Source of the DNA: Flavobacteriales bacterium
Lineage (GTDB): Bacteria > Bacteroidota > Bacteroidia > NS11-12g > UBA9320
Assembly (NCBI GenBank): GCA_020635455.1
Contig: JACJZT010000003.1
Coordinates: 70,261 to 134,260 of the forward strand
DNA length: 64,000 nt
Direction: 5' to 3'
A program made the translations under genes and the position numbers. The notes below the pieces were generated by a model. It was given only the letters and a program-made list of their open reading frames with translations, did not search any database and was not told the DNA's origin. This document shows positions 19,340 through 30,477 of this stretch, in pieces (position 1 is the stretch's first letter; every line of letters begins with the position of its first letter).

Positions 19340-19855
19340 TTACCAGATCCCTATTTTTTCAACATCCCATTTATCCTGTGCTCTTAAAACTTTCTCGATA
19401 AGTTCACGAACACAGCCTTCCCCTCCCCTTTTAGAAGAAACAAACTCACAAATATTCACGATATCCGGGCTGGCATCCAGAGGACAGCATTTTAAACCGG
19501 TCTCGAGAAGTAAAGTATAATCCGGTAAATCATCACCCATATAAGCAACTTCATCTGCCTGAATATTGTTGTCGCTTAAATATTTCCTGTAAACCGGAAC
19601 TTTTTCATGCACTTTAGAAAAAACGTCCTTTATACCAAGTCCGTTCAATCGCTTGACAACTCCTTGTGAACTCCCCCCGGTAATAATGCATATCCTGTAT
19701 CCAAGCTTTATGGCCAGCTGCATTGCAAAGCCATCCTTTATATTAAAGGTCCTTAACATATGCCCTTCTTCCGAAACCTGAACGTTCCCATTGGTCATTA
19801 CCCCATCCACATCAAAAATAAAGGTACTGATGTTATTTAATTTTTTAATGAACAT
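19340..19855 (-). CDS. kdsC: KdsC-family HAD phosphatase (3-deoxy-D-manno-octulosonate-8-phosphate phosphatase)
   Basis: HAD motif I (FIFDVDGVMTNG) and the overall KdsC-like length. The ATG at 19855 avoids a long overlap with the upstream gene. Confidence 0.65.
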   Translation of the reverse strand: MFIKKLNNISTFIFDVDGVMTNGNVQVSEEGHMLRTFNIKDGFAMQLAIKLGYRICIITGGSSQGVVKRLNGLGIKDVFSKVHEKVPVYRKYLSDNNIQADEVAYMGDDLPDYTLLLETGLKCCPLDASPDIVNICEFVSSKRGGEGCVRELIEKVLRAQDKWDVEKIGIW

Positions 19856-19856
19856 A

Positions 19857-20099
19857 TTATTCCTGATTGTCCCTCCATTCATATACCCATTTGGATTGGA
19901 TCATCTCCAGATGACCTTCATTACACTCTTCGCGCTTGCCTTTAAAATTCGGCAATTCAAGCACCCATTCGAGCAGTTCGGTAAATCGTATCCTGTAAAT
20001 CCTGCTTTCGGTAAACTCATCGCCAAATTTTTCATAAAGCGCCATGGCAATATCTTCGTGATCGTTCCAGTAAATGGGTAATTCAAATGTATTGTTCAT
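19857..20099 (-). CDS. iscX: IscX (YfhJ)-like Fe-S assembly accessory protein
   Basis: 80 aa and acidic. The sequence (W.D.EDIA.ALYEK..D.....R..F..L..WV..L..F..........E..LE.I...W..E) resembles IscX, and it lies immediately downstream of fdx as in isc operons. Confidence 0.5.
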   Translation of the reverse strand: MNNTFELPIYWNDHEDIAMALYEKFGDEFTESRIYRIRFTELLEWVLELPNFKGKREECNEGHLEMIQSKWVYEWRDNQE

Positions 20100-20120
20100 A
20101 TATCTTTTGCTTTTTGCAGA

Positions 20121-20453
20121 TCAATGTCCTAAATGAACAGACTGGTCGGGTATGGTAACCTTAAGATCTCCATCAATAATGCATTGACATGCAAGCCTTG
20201 AATTGATCTTGGGATTCACGGCACGATCGATAAAATCTTCTTCCGCATCCGTTATTTCGGGAAGAGAATCCATTCCTTCGTTTATGTATACATGACAGGT
20301 ACTGCATGCACAAACGGCACCGCAATTATGATGCAAACTGATTTCATTGTCGAGGGCGGCATCCAGCACCGAATCGCCGGCATTTACTTCTACTTCTACA
20401 GGTTCAAAACTGGTATCCGAGAAGTTAAAATGCACTTTGTATTTTCTGACCAT
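20121..20453 (-). CDS. fdx: ISC-type [2Fe-2S] ferredoxin
   Basis: The adrenodoxin-type cysteine pattern C..CGG...C..C.....C (CGAVCACSTCHV...LACQC) and ~110 aa size. Confidence 0.75.
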   Translation of the reverse strand: MVRKYKVHFNFSDTSFEPVEVEVNAGDSVLDAALDNEISLHHNCGAVCACSTCHVYINEGMDSLPEITDAEEDFIDRAVNPKINSRLACQCIIDGDLKVTIPDQSVHLGH

Positions 20454-20614
20454 TGAGTACCGCAAAGGTAACATGAATAAAACGCCTCAAAAAATTAATT
20501 GTTTATCGAATTTTATTACAAACCCAAAAAAATATAGTCAGGCAACCTCAATCCTGTAAAAGCACTCATTACCATAACTAAAATAATTGCACGATTTTTG
20601 TAAGAGTTATCCGT

Positions 20615-21745
20615 ATGAAAAAAATATCCATTCTGTTCCTTTTTTTCTCTTTGGTCCACATTCATTTATATGCCGGTCCCGAACCTTCAGACCCATATAA
20701 AGACCTTCTCGGGAAACGATTTTTTGAAACACCGGTCTTTAACTGGTTGAACGAAATTGACCTGCAGGGTTCAGAAGAGGAATTCCAAACTGACGGCCTG
20801 GTTCTGTTCTTTAAACATTATTCGAAAGGGTACAAAATTGTATTCGATGTTAATTTAACGCTTACGAACCTTAATTTTTACGAAAAAGGTCGTATTTACA
20901 ATATGTATTCTGGTGTATTGCCCTACAACCTTAAATACGGTATGAAACGCGATTCTCTTTTAAGGTCCATTGAACTAAGACTCAGAGAGGTTGATGATAA
21001 TCCCTACATGTTGTACCGCGACTATGATTCCAGCAGGATGGAACTCTATTTCAATTCTACCGGTTTAACTCAGATAAGTTACCGTTTGACCGGAACTCCC
21101 CAAAAGCCGGATGACCAGGGCTTTGTTCGACTGGTTTCAAATGGAATGATCGTTTCAGGAGATTGCGAAAACCTTAATGGAAAAATGACATGGGAGGATG
21201 GAAAAGCGTATTATGAAGGTGAATGGAAAAATAATCTTCCCCATGGAAAAGGTTATTTTAGGGATCAGGAAAACAACTGGTATAAAGGTGATTTTAAATA
21301 CGGATATTTTTGGGGCAAGGGTGAATTAAACGTAAAGGGCCGATACACATACTCGGGAGATATGGTAATGAGCAGACGTCAGGGGACCGGTACCTGTAAA
21401 TACACCTTACCATCCGGAGAATTATATGAAGGACGCTGGCTTGAAGACCAAATGAACGGCCTGGGGAAATATTCTGTTGGTAAAAACTTTTATTATTACG
21501 GTCACATGGAAAACAATCTTTTCAACGGACATGGAAAGGTTGTTACTCAGGAAGGCTGGATGGAAGGTAGCTTTAAAGATGGATTACCGCACGGAAACAT
21601 AAAACAGTATATCAAAAAAGATAACGTTTACCTTGAAGGAAAATGGATCAATGGAAAAAAAGAAGGTCGTTTTAAGTTTACAGACGAGAAAAATAAACAG
21701 TCTTTTAAAAACTTTACCAACGATATTGAGATCGTAGACAAGTAA
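20615..21745 (+). CDS. MORN-repeat protein with signal peptide
   Basis: Multiple YEGEWKNNLPHGKG / YKGDFKYGYFWGKG / YEGRWLEDQMNGLG repeats, i.e. the MORN YxGxWxxGxxxGxG pattern. Confidence 0.7.
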   Translation: MKKISILFLFFSLVHIHLYAGPEPSDPYKDLLGKRFFETPVFNWLNEIDLQGSEEEFQTDGLVLFFKHYSKGYKIVFDVNLTLTNLNFYEKGRIYNMYSGVLPYNLKYGMKRDSLLRSIELRLREVDDNPYMLYRDYDSSRMELYFNSTGLTQISYRLTGTPQKPDDQGFVRLVSNGMIVSGDCENLNGKMTWEDGKAYYEGEWKNNLPHGKGYFRDQENNWYKGDFKYGYFWGKGELNVKGRYTYSGDMVMSRRQGTGTCKYTLPSGELYEGRWLEDQMNGLGKYSVGKNFYYYGHMENNLFNGHGKVVTQEGWMEGSFKDGLPHGNIKQYIKKDNVYLEGKWINGKKEGRFKFTDEKNKQSFKNFTNDIEIVDK

Positions 21746-21747
21746 GT

Positions 21748-23016
21748 TTATTGATATACATATTGAACCACATTTTTAGAATGTTGTTCGATCAGAATTT
21801 TCTTGTCTTTAAGGATATCCGGCAGTTCATTTCCCTTGAAATTATGCAATGTAATAAGGGTGAGGTCTTTAAAGATCTCGAGGATAAAAAATTCTTTCAA
21901 TTGGGGAATAAGGGTAGCAAATTTCCTTTCATCATAGGTTGCACAGAATGAAAAACTTATCGCAGAATTCTGCATCACATTTACTTGTATGTTCAATTGT
22001 GCAAGCATTGAAAAAATACTGCTGAGATGCGATTCAACAATAAAAGAAAAGTCCTTGGAAGAAAGTCTCAGAAGAATCTGATCGTCCTTAAAAATGTAAC
22101 AGGTAATGTTTTCTTCTTTGGTTTTGTCGACTTTTCGGATCACAGAACCTTTCTCATCAGGATCTACAAAAGACCTTACATATAAAGGTATGGATTTTCT
22201 CAACAACGGTTGCATGGTCTTGGGATGTAAAATGGTAGCACCATAATACGCCAATTCAATGGCTTTGTTGAAGGAGATCTCTCTCATAATTTTTGCTCCG
22301 GACATCCTTTTGGGATCTACATTCATCACGCCGGCAACATCTTTCCAAATGGTTACACTTTCGGCGTCCAGACAAAACGCAAATATGGAAGCTGAATAAT
22401 CCGAACCTTCTCTTCCAAGCGTAGTGGTATTATTCCTTTCGTTTCTTCCAATAAAACCTTGTGTAATGACCAATTGACGATTTACCAGAGGCAACAGTTT
22501 TTTGGAGATCAGATCCAAAGTAGGATCCCAGTTAATTTTTGCTTCACGGTAATCTGAGCTGGTTTGTATAAAATTCCTGGCATCGAGCCATCGATTCTCC
22601 ATTTTTATGGATTGCAGATAAATACTGACAATCTTGGTACTGATGAGCTCTCCGTAACCTACAATTTGATCGTACAAAAAATTATAATCTTTATTGACCG
22701 GTGCATTTTCGATATTGCATTCGAGCTCAATAAATAAATTGTCTACATCGTGATAGTTATTCTGCAGATCTCCACCAACAAGGTCTCCAATGATCTTATT
22801 ATGAAAGTTCTTGATCTCTGCAAGTTCACGGTGAGCTTCTTCCAACTTTCCGTCGTACCATTCATTCATTACTCTCTCGAGGGCATTGGTGGTTTTTCCC
22901 ATGGCTGAAATAACGATCAGAAGTTTATCACCACTAAATTTTTGGAGAATCTTACCTACGTTCTTTACAGCTTCCGCATCTTTTACTGAGGCACCACCAA
23001 ACTTAAACACTTTCAT
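21748..23016 (-). CDS. lysC: aspartate kinase
   Basis: The N-terminal KVFKFGGASV motif (after an internal start), a kinase domain, and C-terminal ACT-like regions. Confidence 0.85.
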   Translation of the reverse strand: MKVFKFGGASVKDAEAVKNVGKILQKFSGDKLLIVISAMGKTTNALERVMNEWYDGKLEEAHRELAEIKNFHNKIIGDLVGGDLQNNYHDVDNLFIELECNIENAPVNKDYNFLYDQIVGYGELISTKIVSIYLQSIKMENRWLDARNFIQTSSDYREAKINWDPTLDLISKKLLPLVNRQLVITQGFIGRNERNNTTTLGREGSDYSASIFAFCLDAESVTIWKDVAGVMNVDPKRMSGAKIMREISFNKAIELAYYGATILHPKTMQPLLRKSIPLYVRSFVDPDEKGSVIRKVDKTKEENITCYIFKDDQILLRLSSKDFSFIVESHLSSIFSMLAQLNIQVNVMQNSAISFSFCATYDERKFATLIPQLKEFFILEIFKDLTLITLHNFKGNELPDILKDKKILIEQHSKNVVQYVYQ

Positions 23017-23210
23017 AAAACTGCAAAGATACGTATTGATGCATGAAATTTTCATCGCATTTAAGTCCCTTGAAGAATAGAACCTGCTGACGCTTGTATT
23101 TCTATCAGAATAAAATGAATTTTAATTTCTTTCTAAAACCATTAAAGTTGATCTTTATCAGATAAATACCATAATTATAAATTTACATTTGTGTTACTAA
23201 ACATAATCCT

Positions 23211-24368
23211 ATGAATAAACAAATATTGATTTACAGGCTAATTTTCTTTCTTCTTAACTTCTTATTTATTTTTAATAATGCCTTTGCTGAAAAGCATTCC
23301 AATCTGTTACTTCACGTGAACAAATTTTCATATGGTGAAATTACAGAAAAACAGTCCCTTGTTTTTGAGGCAACTGCGAAAGACACTCCGGAGGTAAAAC
23401 AACTTTATCTGGTGGTAAAGCTTAACGGGACGGAATACGTAGGTGTGATCCTTCAGGATGATGGCAGGGAGTTGTTACTGGAAACCGAAAATCTGGGTAA
23501 AATATACATTTCAAAGTCAGAAATTAAGAAAATTGAAAAAATAACTGAAGCTAAAAAAGTGATCAATGGCGAAGTAGATTATAAAAATCCGTTTACAACA
23601 CGTTATGTTTTTACTACCAATGCATTTCCGATCAAAAAAGGCGAGAGTTATGCAACCCTTAACCTATATGGGCCTGAAGTTCATTTCGCCATTACTGACA
23701 AATTTAATATTGGCATTATGACCACCTGGTTTCTCAGTCCATTAATGATCGCAATGAAGTACAGTATTAAAACTCCCAATCCAAAAGTGAATTTATCCAT
23801 AGGCAGTCTGAATGGCACTTCAGGATATCTGAATAATTTCGGTGGTTACAGTGGATTGCATTTTGGCAACATTACTTTTGGAGACAGAAACAACAATTTT
23901 ACGATCGGAGGAGGTTACGGATACTTAAAAACAGGTTCATCCGATAATGGAAGAGACTATTTCACTCCGGGCCTTTATTATACAGATAATTTATACTATA
24001 CGGTCAACTACGGACCATCACCAATGTCGAAAGGCCCGCTTATGTCACTTTCAGGAATGTTGAAAGTTGGGAAAAAGGCCACTTTCATATTCGATGCCCT
24101 GGCAGGGGTTTTTACTTCAAAATCCTCAGAATTAACCTGGAAAGAACTAAACCCTCCTACTCCGTACCGATATGAAGTAACGGCCACGGATGTTACCACC
24201 AAGACTTTTGCAATGGTCCTGATGCCGTCAATGAGGTTTCAATCAAAGGATACCAAAGCCTTTCAGATCAGTATTTACGGAGTAACCGTCAATGAAATGC
24301 AGGGGTTTGAACACCCTGAAAGCTATTCGTTTCCCATACCCATGTGTACCTGGTATTTTAGTTTTTAA
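23211..24368 (+). CDS. hypothetical secreted/outer-membrane protein
   Basis: Signal peptide. Gly/Tyr/Asn-rich beta-strand-like composition suggests an outer-membrane beta-barrel. I recognise no family. Confidence 0.35.
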   Translation: MNKQILIYRLIFFLLNFLFIFNNAFAEKHSNLLLHVNKFSYGEITEKQSLVFEATAKDTPEVKQLYLVVKLNGTEYVGVILQDDGRELLLETENLGKIYISKSEIKKIEKITEAKKVINGEVDYKNPFTTRYVFTTNAFPIKKGESYATLNLYGPEVHFAITDKFNIGIMTTWFLSPLMIAMKYSIKTPNPKVNLSIGSLNGTSGYLNNFGGYSGLHFGNITFGDRNNNFTIGGGYGYLKTGSSDNGRDYFTPGLYYTDNLYYTVNYGPSPMSKGPLMSLSGMLKVGKKATFIFDALAGVFTSKSSELTWKELNPPTPYRYEVTATDVTTKTFAMVLMPSMRFQSKDTKAFQISIYGVTVNEMQGFEHPESYSFPIPMCTWYFSF

Positions 24369-24510
24369 AATTTAATAGAAATAAATTCTTGTAAAATGAA
24401 TCGTTTCCATATATTGGTTACAATCAAGCATTCCTAAAGAAAATGATATAACCTATAACCATCTATTAGATCTTTTCAGAACCTTATTTCGGAATTCTAA
24501 AAAGGAGAAT

Positions 24511-25578
24511 TTATTCCACCCAATCCGCTATAAAAAGGTTTGTATCTCGGGTACCACCGTTGTTTCGGTTCGAGCTGAAAATGAGTTTTTTTCCTTTGGG
24601 AGAAAACATTGGAAACGCATCAAAACCATTATCTCTGCTTAGTTTTTCAAGATCACTTCCATCAAGTTTGATCATGTACAAATTAAATGGGAAACCTCTT
24701 TTGTACTCATGATTGGAGGCAAAAATGATCCTGCTTCCGGTATAATCGAAATTAGGAGCCCAGTTGGCATTACCCAGGCTGGTGATTTGACGTGCGTTAC
24801 TTCCGTCGGCATTTGCAATGAACACTTCCATCTGAGTTGGTGCTACCAATCCCTGTTTTAAAAGTTCTTTGTACTCCTTTACATCTTCTTCACTTTTTGG
24901 TCTTGAAGCCCGCCACACGATTTTACTTCCATCCGGACTAAACCATGCTCCCCCGTCGTAACCCAGAGTATTGGTGATCTGCTTTACACCTGACCCGTCA
25001 AGGTTCATGGTGTATAGGTCAAGGTCTCCGTTTCGCATACTGGTAAAAATAATTTTGTCTCCTTTGGGTGAAACCACAGCTTCTGCATCATATCCGTCAG
25101 TACTGGTAAGTTGTTTGGTGATGTTTCCTTCAAGGTCGGTTATGAATATATCAAAACTCGTATAAATTGGCCAAACGTATTTTTTGATCACGGACCGGTC
25201 GGGTACCGGAGGGCATGCAGAATCAGTCAAGTGGGTAGAAGCATACAATATGTGTTTTCCATCCGGCATAAAATAGGCGCAAGTTGTCCGGCCCCTGCCG
25301 GTGCTAACCATTTTGTATTTAAAGGTATCTTTCTCGTTTTGTGGCAATTTGCCATAGAATATCTGATCACAGGGGATGCCTTCGTTTGCATGTGTTCTTT
25401 GAAAAACAATACTCTTGCCATCCGGACTGAAATACGCTTCCGCATTATCACCCCCAAAGGTGAGTTGTTTCATGTTCTTAAAATGATCTTCGCCCTGAAA
25501 CATAAGCGTATCGGATGATTGTGCAAGAGAGAAAAAGGTAATTGTAAAAAAGCTAAAGAATATTGTTAAAGACCTCAT
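24511..25578 (-). CDS. TolB-like periplasmic protein with WD40-like (PD40) beta-propeller repeats
   Basis: Repeated FSPDGK.I.F / YFMPDGK.ILYAS / VVSPKGDKIIFTS / WFSPDGSKIV motifs. The internal start at 25578 gives a signal peptide (MRSLTIFFSFFTITFFSLAQS). Confidence 0.65.
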   Translation of the reverse strand: MRSLTIFFSFFTITFFSLAQSSDTLMFQGEDHFKNMKQLTFGGDNAEAYFSPDGKSIVFQRTHANEGIPCDQIFYGKLPQNEKDTFKYKMVSTGRGRTTCAYFMPDGKHILYASTHLTDSACPPVPDRSVIKKYVWPIYTSFDIFITDLEGNITKQLTSTDGYDAEAVVSPKGDKIIFTSMRNGDLDLYTMNLDGSGVKQITNTLGYDGGAWFSPDGSKIVWRASRPKSEEDVKEYKELLKQGLVAPTQMEVFIANADGSNARQITSLGNANWAPNFDYTGSRIIFASNHEYKRGFPFNLYMIKLDGSDLEKLSRDNGFDAFPMFSPKGKKLIFSSNRNNGGTRDTNLFIADWVE

Positions 25579-25802
25579 TATTTTATGATGCCGCAAAAAT
25601 ACACTTATGCTTTGGGCTATTAAAACCAAATGTATAGGAAAATATCGTATTCGACTATTTTAACCTTTTATAAATGAATTCAGCGTTTAAGGTATTTAAC
25701 AGGTCCATAAATTCAGCTATTACCTGCGTTTTTATGAAGGCCCTCCTTAATTGGGATGTTCAGTGCTAAAGAAAGTCTTAAGGTATTGTGGTCTCACGAA
25801 CT

Positions 25803-26567
25803 TCAACCTTCCTGGTCTATAAGATTGGCCATTAAAAACTCACGGTTTAAGGCCGCAATGTTGCTTAAAGAGATCTCCTTCGGACATTCGGCACTGCATG
25901 CACCGGTATTGGTACAGGCACCAAATCCTTCCTTATCCATCTGGGCAACCATAGCCCTTACCCTTTGCATGCGTTCCGGTTTGCCCTGAGGCAAAATGGA
26001 AAGCTGGTTAACTTTGGCTGATACAAATAACATGGCTGATGCATTTTTACAAGCCGCCACGCATGCACCACAGCCAATACAGGCTGCAGAAGCAAATGCC
26101 TCATCGGCATCAACCTTGCTGATAGGTAAATTGTTACCGTCCTGCGCGTTACCGGTATTTACCGATACGAAACCGCCGGCTGCAATGATCCTGTCGAATG
26201 CACTTCGGTCAACGGCCAGATCTTTTAAAACCGGGAAAGCTGCTGCACGCCAGGGCTCTACCACAATTATATCGCCATCCTTAAAACTTCTCATGTGCAA
26301 CTGACAAGTTGTAATTGCATCTTTCGGGCCATGAGGTCTTCCATTTATGTACATACTGCACATACCACAAATTCCTTCGCGACAATCGTGATCAAAAACT
26401 ACGGGCTCCTCTCCGGTATTGATAAGCTGTTCATTAAGCACATCGAACATTTCAAGGAAAGACATATCCGGTGAGATGTCTTGCATTTTATAGGTTTCGA
26501 AACGTCCTTTATCCGAACTGTTTTTTTGTCTCCAGACTTTCAGGGTCAAATTCATGTTTCCGCTCAT
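25803..26567 (-). CDS. sdhB: succinate dehydrogenase/fumarate reductase iron-sulfur subunit
   Basis: 2Fe-2S (CREGICGMC), 4Fe-4S ([11 protein letters not shown]) and 3Fe-4S ([11 protein letters not shown]) cysteine clusters. Confidence 0.9.
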   Translation of the reverse strand: MSGNMNLTLKVWRQKNSSDKGRFETYKMQDISPDMSFLEMFDVLNEQLINTGEEPVVFDHDCREGICGMCSMYINGRPHGPKDAITTCQLHMRSFKDGDIIVVEPWRAAAFPVLKDLAVDRSAFDRIIAAGGFVSVNTGNAQDGNNLPISKVDADEAFASAACIGCGACVAACKNASAMLFVSAKVNQLSILPQGKPERMQRVRAMVAQMDKEGFGACTNTGACSAECPKEISLSNIAALNREFLMANLIDQEG

Positions 26568-26570
26568 AAT

Positions 26571-28544
26571 TTATTTATAACTCCTTTGTGCAATTTTAAT
26601 GTTCTCAAATTTTAGTTCTTCTTTATGAAGTGTCCAGTTGTTTTCACCATATTGCCAGGCTGACACATACGAAAATGCATTGTCGTCGCGCAGTGCCTCA
26701 CCTTCCTCGGTTTGAAACTCCTCCCGGAAATGTCCGCCACAGCTTTCATTTCTGTCTAAAGCATCCATACACATCAATTCTCCAAGTTCTATAAAGTCTG
26801 CAACTCTTCCTGCTTTTTCAAGTTCCGGATTAAGTTCATCAATACTTCCAGGAACCCTGACATCTTGCCAAAACTCTGTTCTTAAGGCTTTTATTTCTTC
26901 AATGGCTTCTTTTAAACCGGCTTCATTTCTGGCCATTCCACATTTATCCCACATTATTTTACCCAGTTTTTTATGAAAGTGGTCAACCGACTTGCTTCCT
27001 TTTATTGAAATAAATTTACCGAGTTTTTCACGAACAGAATTTTCAGCTTCTTCAAATGCCGGATGATCTACAGATATTGCTTTGGTAGATATTTCCTTAG
27101 ACAAATAAGCTCCGATGGTATATGGGATCACAAAATAGCCGTCGGCCAGTCCCTGCATCAATGCAGAAGCGCCTAAGCGATTGGCTCCATGATCCGAAAA
27201 ATTCGCTTCCCCCAGAGCATACAACCCGGGAATGTTTGTCATCAAATTATAATCCACCCATAAGCCACCCATTGTGTAGTGCACAGCCGGATAGATCCTC
27301 ATAGGAACTTCATAGGGATCTTCTCCGGTAATTTGCTTGTACATATCAAACAAATTGCCGTATTTTTCTTTCACAACTTCTTTTCCAAGTGCCAGTATCT
27401 GATCATCTCCGGGGTTTTCGATTCCCTGTTTGGTTGCTTCAACCCTGCCATAACGCATCATGTTGAATTTAAAATCAAGATATACGGCCATTTTAGACTG
27501 ACCAACTCCAAACCCGGCATCACAGCGTTCTTTTGCTGCACGACTTGCCACGTCCCTTGGTACCAGGTTTCCAAAAGCAGGATACCTTCTTTCAAGATAG
27601 TAATCCCTTTCGTCTTCAGGTATTTCAGATGCCTTTCGGGTGTCTCCGGCTTTTTTAGGAACCCAGATCCTGCCATCGTTTCGCAGCGATTCGCTCATGA
27701 GAGTAAGTTTACTCTGGTGATCCCCACTAACCGGAATACAGGTTGGGTGTATTTGTGTAAAACAAGGATTTCCGAAATACGCACCCTTTTTGTGCACCTT
27801 CCATGCAGCGGTAACATTGCTTCCCATTGCGTTGGTACTCAGGTAAAACACATTTCCATATCCTCCGGTACACATTAAGACGGCATGTCCGAAATGCCTT
27901 TCAAGCTTACCGGTGATCAGATTACGTGCAATGATTCCCCTTGCTTTTCCATCGATCATTACCAGCTCTAGCATTTCATGACGACTATACATCTCGACCG
28001 TGCCCATTCCGATCTGGCGTTCCAGAGCACTGTATGCACCCAGCAAAAGTTGTTGGCCGGTTTGACCGGCAGCGTAAAAGGTTCTTTGCACCTGTGTTCC
28101 TCCAAAGGAACGGTTGCTTAACATTCCGCCGTATTCTCTGGCAAAGGGCACACCCTGAGCAACGCATTGGTCAATAATGTTCGGACTGATCTCAGCAAGT
28201 CGGTAAACATTTGCTTCCCTTGCTCTGTAATCACCACCCTTTATGGTATCGTAAAACAAACGGTAAACGCTGTCTCCATCATTCTGGTAGTTTTTGGCAG
28301 CATTGATACCTCCCTGAGCAGCAATGGAATGAGCCCTTCTGGGGCTGTCCTGAAAACAGAAACATTTAACCTTGTATCCCATTTCAGCCAGTGTGGCAGC
28401 GGCAGATGAACCTGCAAGTCCGCTTCCAATCACCAGCACCTCCAGATTTCGCTTATTTGAAGGATTAACGAGTGGTATGGTACTTTTATATTTTGTCCAC
28501 TTCGTTTCTAAGGGGCCTTCTGGTATATTTGAATTAATTGACAT
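26571..28544 (-). CDS. sdhA: succinate dehydrogenase/fumarate reductase flavoprotein subunit
   Basis: FAD-binding [10 protein letters not shown], a covalent-FAD His region ([11 protein letters not shown]), and the catalytic HYTMGG motif. 657 aa. Confidence 0.9.
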   Translation of the reverse strand: MSINSNIPEGPLETKWTKYKSTIPLVNPSNKRNLEVLVIGSGLAGSSAAATLAEMGYKVKCFCFQDSPRRAHSIAAQGGINAAKNYQNDGDSVYRLFYDTIKGGDYRAREANVYRLAEISPNIIDQCVAQGVPFAREYGGMLSNRSFGGTQVQRTFYAAGQTGQQLLLGAYSALERQIGMGTVEMYSRHEMLELVMIDGKARGIIARNLITGKLERHFGHAVLMCTGGYGNVFYLSTNAMGSNVTAAWKVHKKGAYFGNPCFTQIHPTCIPVSGDHQSKLTLMSESLRNDGRIWVPKKAGDTRKASEIPEDERDYYLERRYPAFGNLVPRDVASRAAKERCDAGFGVGQSKMAVYLDFKFNMMRYGRVEATKQGIENPGDDQILALGKEVVKEKYGNLFDMYKQITGEDPYEVPMRIYPAVHYTMGGLWVDYNLMTNIPGLYALGEANFSDHGANRLGASALMQGLADGYFVIPYTIGAYLSKEISTKAISVDHPAFEEAENSVREKLGKFISIKGSKSVDHFHKKLGKIMWDKCGMARNEAGLKEAIEEIKALRTEFWQDVRVPGSIDELNPELEKAGRVADFIELGELMCMDALDRNESCGGHFREEFQTEEGEALRDDNAFSYVSAWQYGENNWTLHKEELKFENIKIAQRSYK

Positions 28545-28573
28545 TTTGTAAGAAGATTATACGGTTTCTAAAC

Positions 28574-29242
28574 TTATTCTATCCAGCCCAGATACATGCT
28601 TATTGGCATCATAGCAAACAGAAAAGGAAGTATGATGCTAAACCAGAACCCAAGCTTTTTAATGAAAGGAGTGTATTTTTTGTGGTTTAATCCAAGAGTT
28701 TGAAAGGCAGATTGAAATCCATGCAACAAATGGTAAGCCATTGAAAACATTGAGAACACATAAAGTATTACAACCCAGAGCTCACTGAAAACAACCTTCA
28801 TTTCATCAAACAAGGTGGTGTACCCTCCGGTGATCTGGTCCGTAAAGCGACTGGTTACCCAAAAATGTTTTAAATGAAGGATAAGAAATATCAGGATCAA
28901 GGTTCCGAGCAGCCCCATTGATTTGGAATACCAGGTACTGTTTTTACCTGAATTAACGTGGTACGAAACATTCCTTGATTTCCGGTTGAGATAAACCAGA
29001 TATAAACCCTGAATCGAATGAAGGATCAAACCGGCGAAAAGCAATATTTCAACCGTCCTGATCAATAGGTTCGTTCCCATAAATTCGGCTCCTTCATTGA
29101 AAAGCTCTCCCCCGTCATTAAAAAATATCAGGGAATTAACTCCACAATGAACCAGAAGAAAGCTTATCAAAAACAGGCCCGTAAGACCCATTACAATTTT
29201 TTTGCCAATGGTTGAATTAAGTAAAAAAGACAATGCGTTCAT
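28574..29242 (-). CDS. sdhC: succinate dehydrogenase cytochrome b subunit (b558 family)
   Basis: A ~222 aa, five-TM membrane protein immediately upstream of sdhA and sdhB, with conserved His residues in TM helices. Confidence 0.75.
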   Translation of the reverse strand: MNALSFLLNSTIGKKIVMGLTGLFLISFLLVHCGVNSLIFFNDGGELFNEGAEFMGTNLLIRTVEILLFAGLILHSIQGLYLVYLNRKSRNVSYHVNSGKNSTWYSKSMGLLGTLILIFLILHLKHFWVTSRFTDQITGGYTTLFDEMKVVFSELWVVILYVFSMFSMAYHLLHGFQSAFQTLGLNHKKYTPFIKKLGFWFSIILPFLFAMMPISMYLGWIE

Positions 29243-29436
29243 TTGATTTCCCGGTGATTTTTTTTCGAATGCGAATTTACCATTTCAGTTTGACTTTAAT
29301 TCTTCCAAAAACTAGATAGAATTATTCTAAATTAACACTTTAAAATCTCAAAAGTTGTTGCTGCCTGTAAAGAAATCGCAAGGCAATTTTTTATATTCTC
29401 TGATATTAATTCGAGTATTTTTGCACTCGCGAACAG

Positions 29437-30477
29437 ATGTACGGACTCATTAAGTTTTTGTTGTTTTTTTTTAGTGCCGAAAGGGCACATCAATTCACCA
29501 TGTTTACGCTTAAGGTCCTGTTCAAGATCCCGGGTGGACCATGGCTGATCAAAACTTTAACGGGCATAAAAAACAATTCGGCACCCGTTGAATTTGCCGG
29601 ATTGCAATTCACCAATATGGTGGGTCTTGCAGCAGGTTTTGACAAGGATGCAAAATACATTGATGTACTAGCCGCATTAGGATTCGGGTATATTGAAATC
29701 GGAACCCTTACTCCAAAACCTCAGAGCGGTAATCCTCGTCCCAGGTTATTCAGGCTTGTAAAGGATGAGGCCTTGATCAATAGAATGGGATTTAACAATG
29801 AAGGCGCTGATGCGGCACTATTCAGACTAAAAAAAGTAAAATCGAATATTATCGTTGGCGGAAATATTGGTAAGAACAAAACAACACCCAATGAGTTGGC
29901 TTACAAGGATTACGAATATTGCTTCAACAAGCTTTATGGTTACGTTGATTATTTTGTGGTTAATGTAAGCTCTCCAAACACTCCCGGACTCAGGGAACTC
30001 CAGGAGAAACCCGCCCTCATTAAAATTCTGAAGCATCTGCAACATCAAAGGGATTTGTTGATTTCAAAAGGAGAAAGATCTAAACCGATCTTCCTTAAGA
30101 TCGCTCCGGACCTTACAGACGAGCAATTGGACGACATTATCGAACTATCCTTACAAATAAAACTTGATGGCCTGGTAGCTACAAATACTACTGTTGAGCG
30201 ATCCGGTTTAATTACAGAGCAAAGTATTCTGGATAAAATTGGCAATGGCGGTTTGAGTGGTAAGCCTCTAAAAAACCGATCGAATGAAATTGTGCAATAC
30301 CTTTATGAGCGGCTCGGCAACAAAGTACCTGTAATTGGTGTTGGTGGAATTCATTCTGCATCCGATGCACAAGAAAAGATCGATTGCGGTGCCAGGGCAA
30401 TTCAGATCTATACTGGATTCATATACTCAGGGCCCGGTTTGATCAAGAGGATACTGAAACAGGTTAAACCGGTCTAA
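29437..30477 (+). CDS. pyrD: quinone-dependent dihydroorotate dehydrogenase
   Basis: Class 2 DHODH motifs (GLAAGFDKD, GFGYIEIGT, NVSSPNTPGLR, IIGVGGI). Confidence 0.9.
   Translation: MYGLIKFLLFFFSAERAHQFTMFTLKVLFKIPGGPWLIKTLTGIKNNSAPVEFAGLQFTNMVGLAAGFDKDAKYIDVLAALGFGYIEIGTLTPKPQSGNPRPRLFRLVKDEALINRMGFNNEGADAALFRLKKVKSNIIVGGNIGKNKTTPNELAYKDYEYCFNKLYGYVDYFVVNVSSPNTPGLRELQEKPALIKILKHLQHQRDLLISKGERSKPIFLKIAPDLTDEQLDDIIELSLQIKLDGLVATNTTVERSGLITEQSILDKIGNGGLSGKPLKNRSNEIVQYLYERLGNKVPVIGVGGIHSASDAQEKIDCGARAIQIYTGFIYSGPGLIKRILKQVKPV

Noticed and set aside
25111-25518. 135-aa plus-strand ORF
   Set aside because: It is antisense to the TolB-like PD40 repeat protein and has no features of its own.
27122-28429. 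Multiple ORFs (up to 199 aa at 27279-27878) overlapping sdhA
   Set aside because: They are antisense or alternate-frame ORFs within a highly conserved flavoprotein gene. Their Cys/His-rich, low-complexity translations are typical of non-coding frames.
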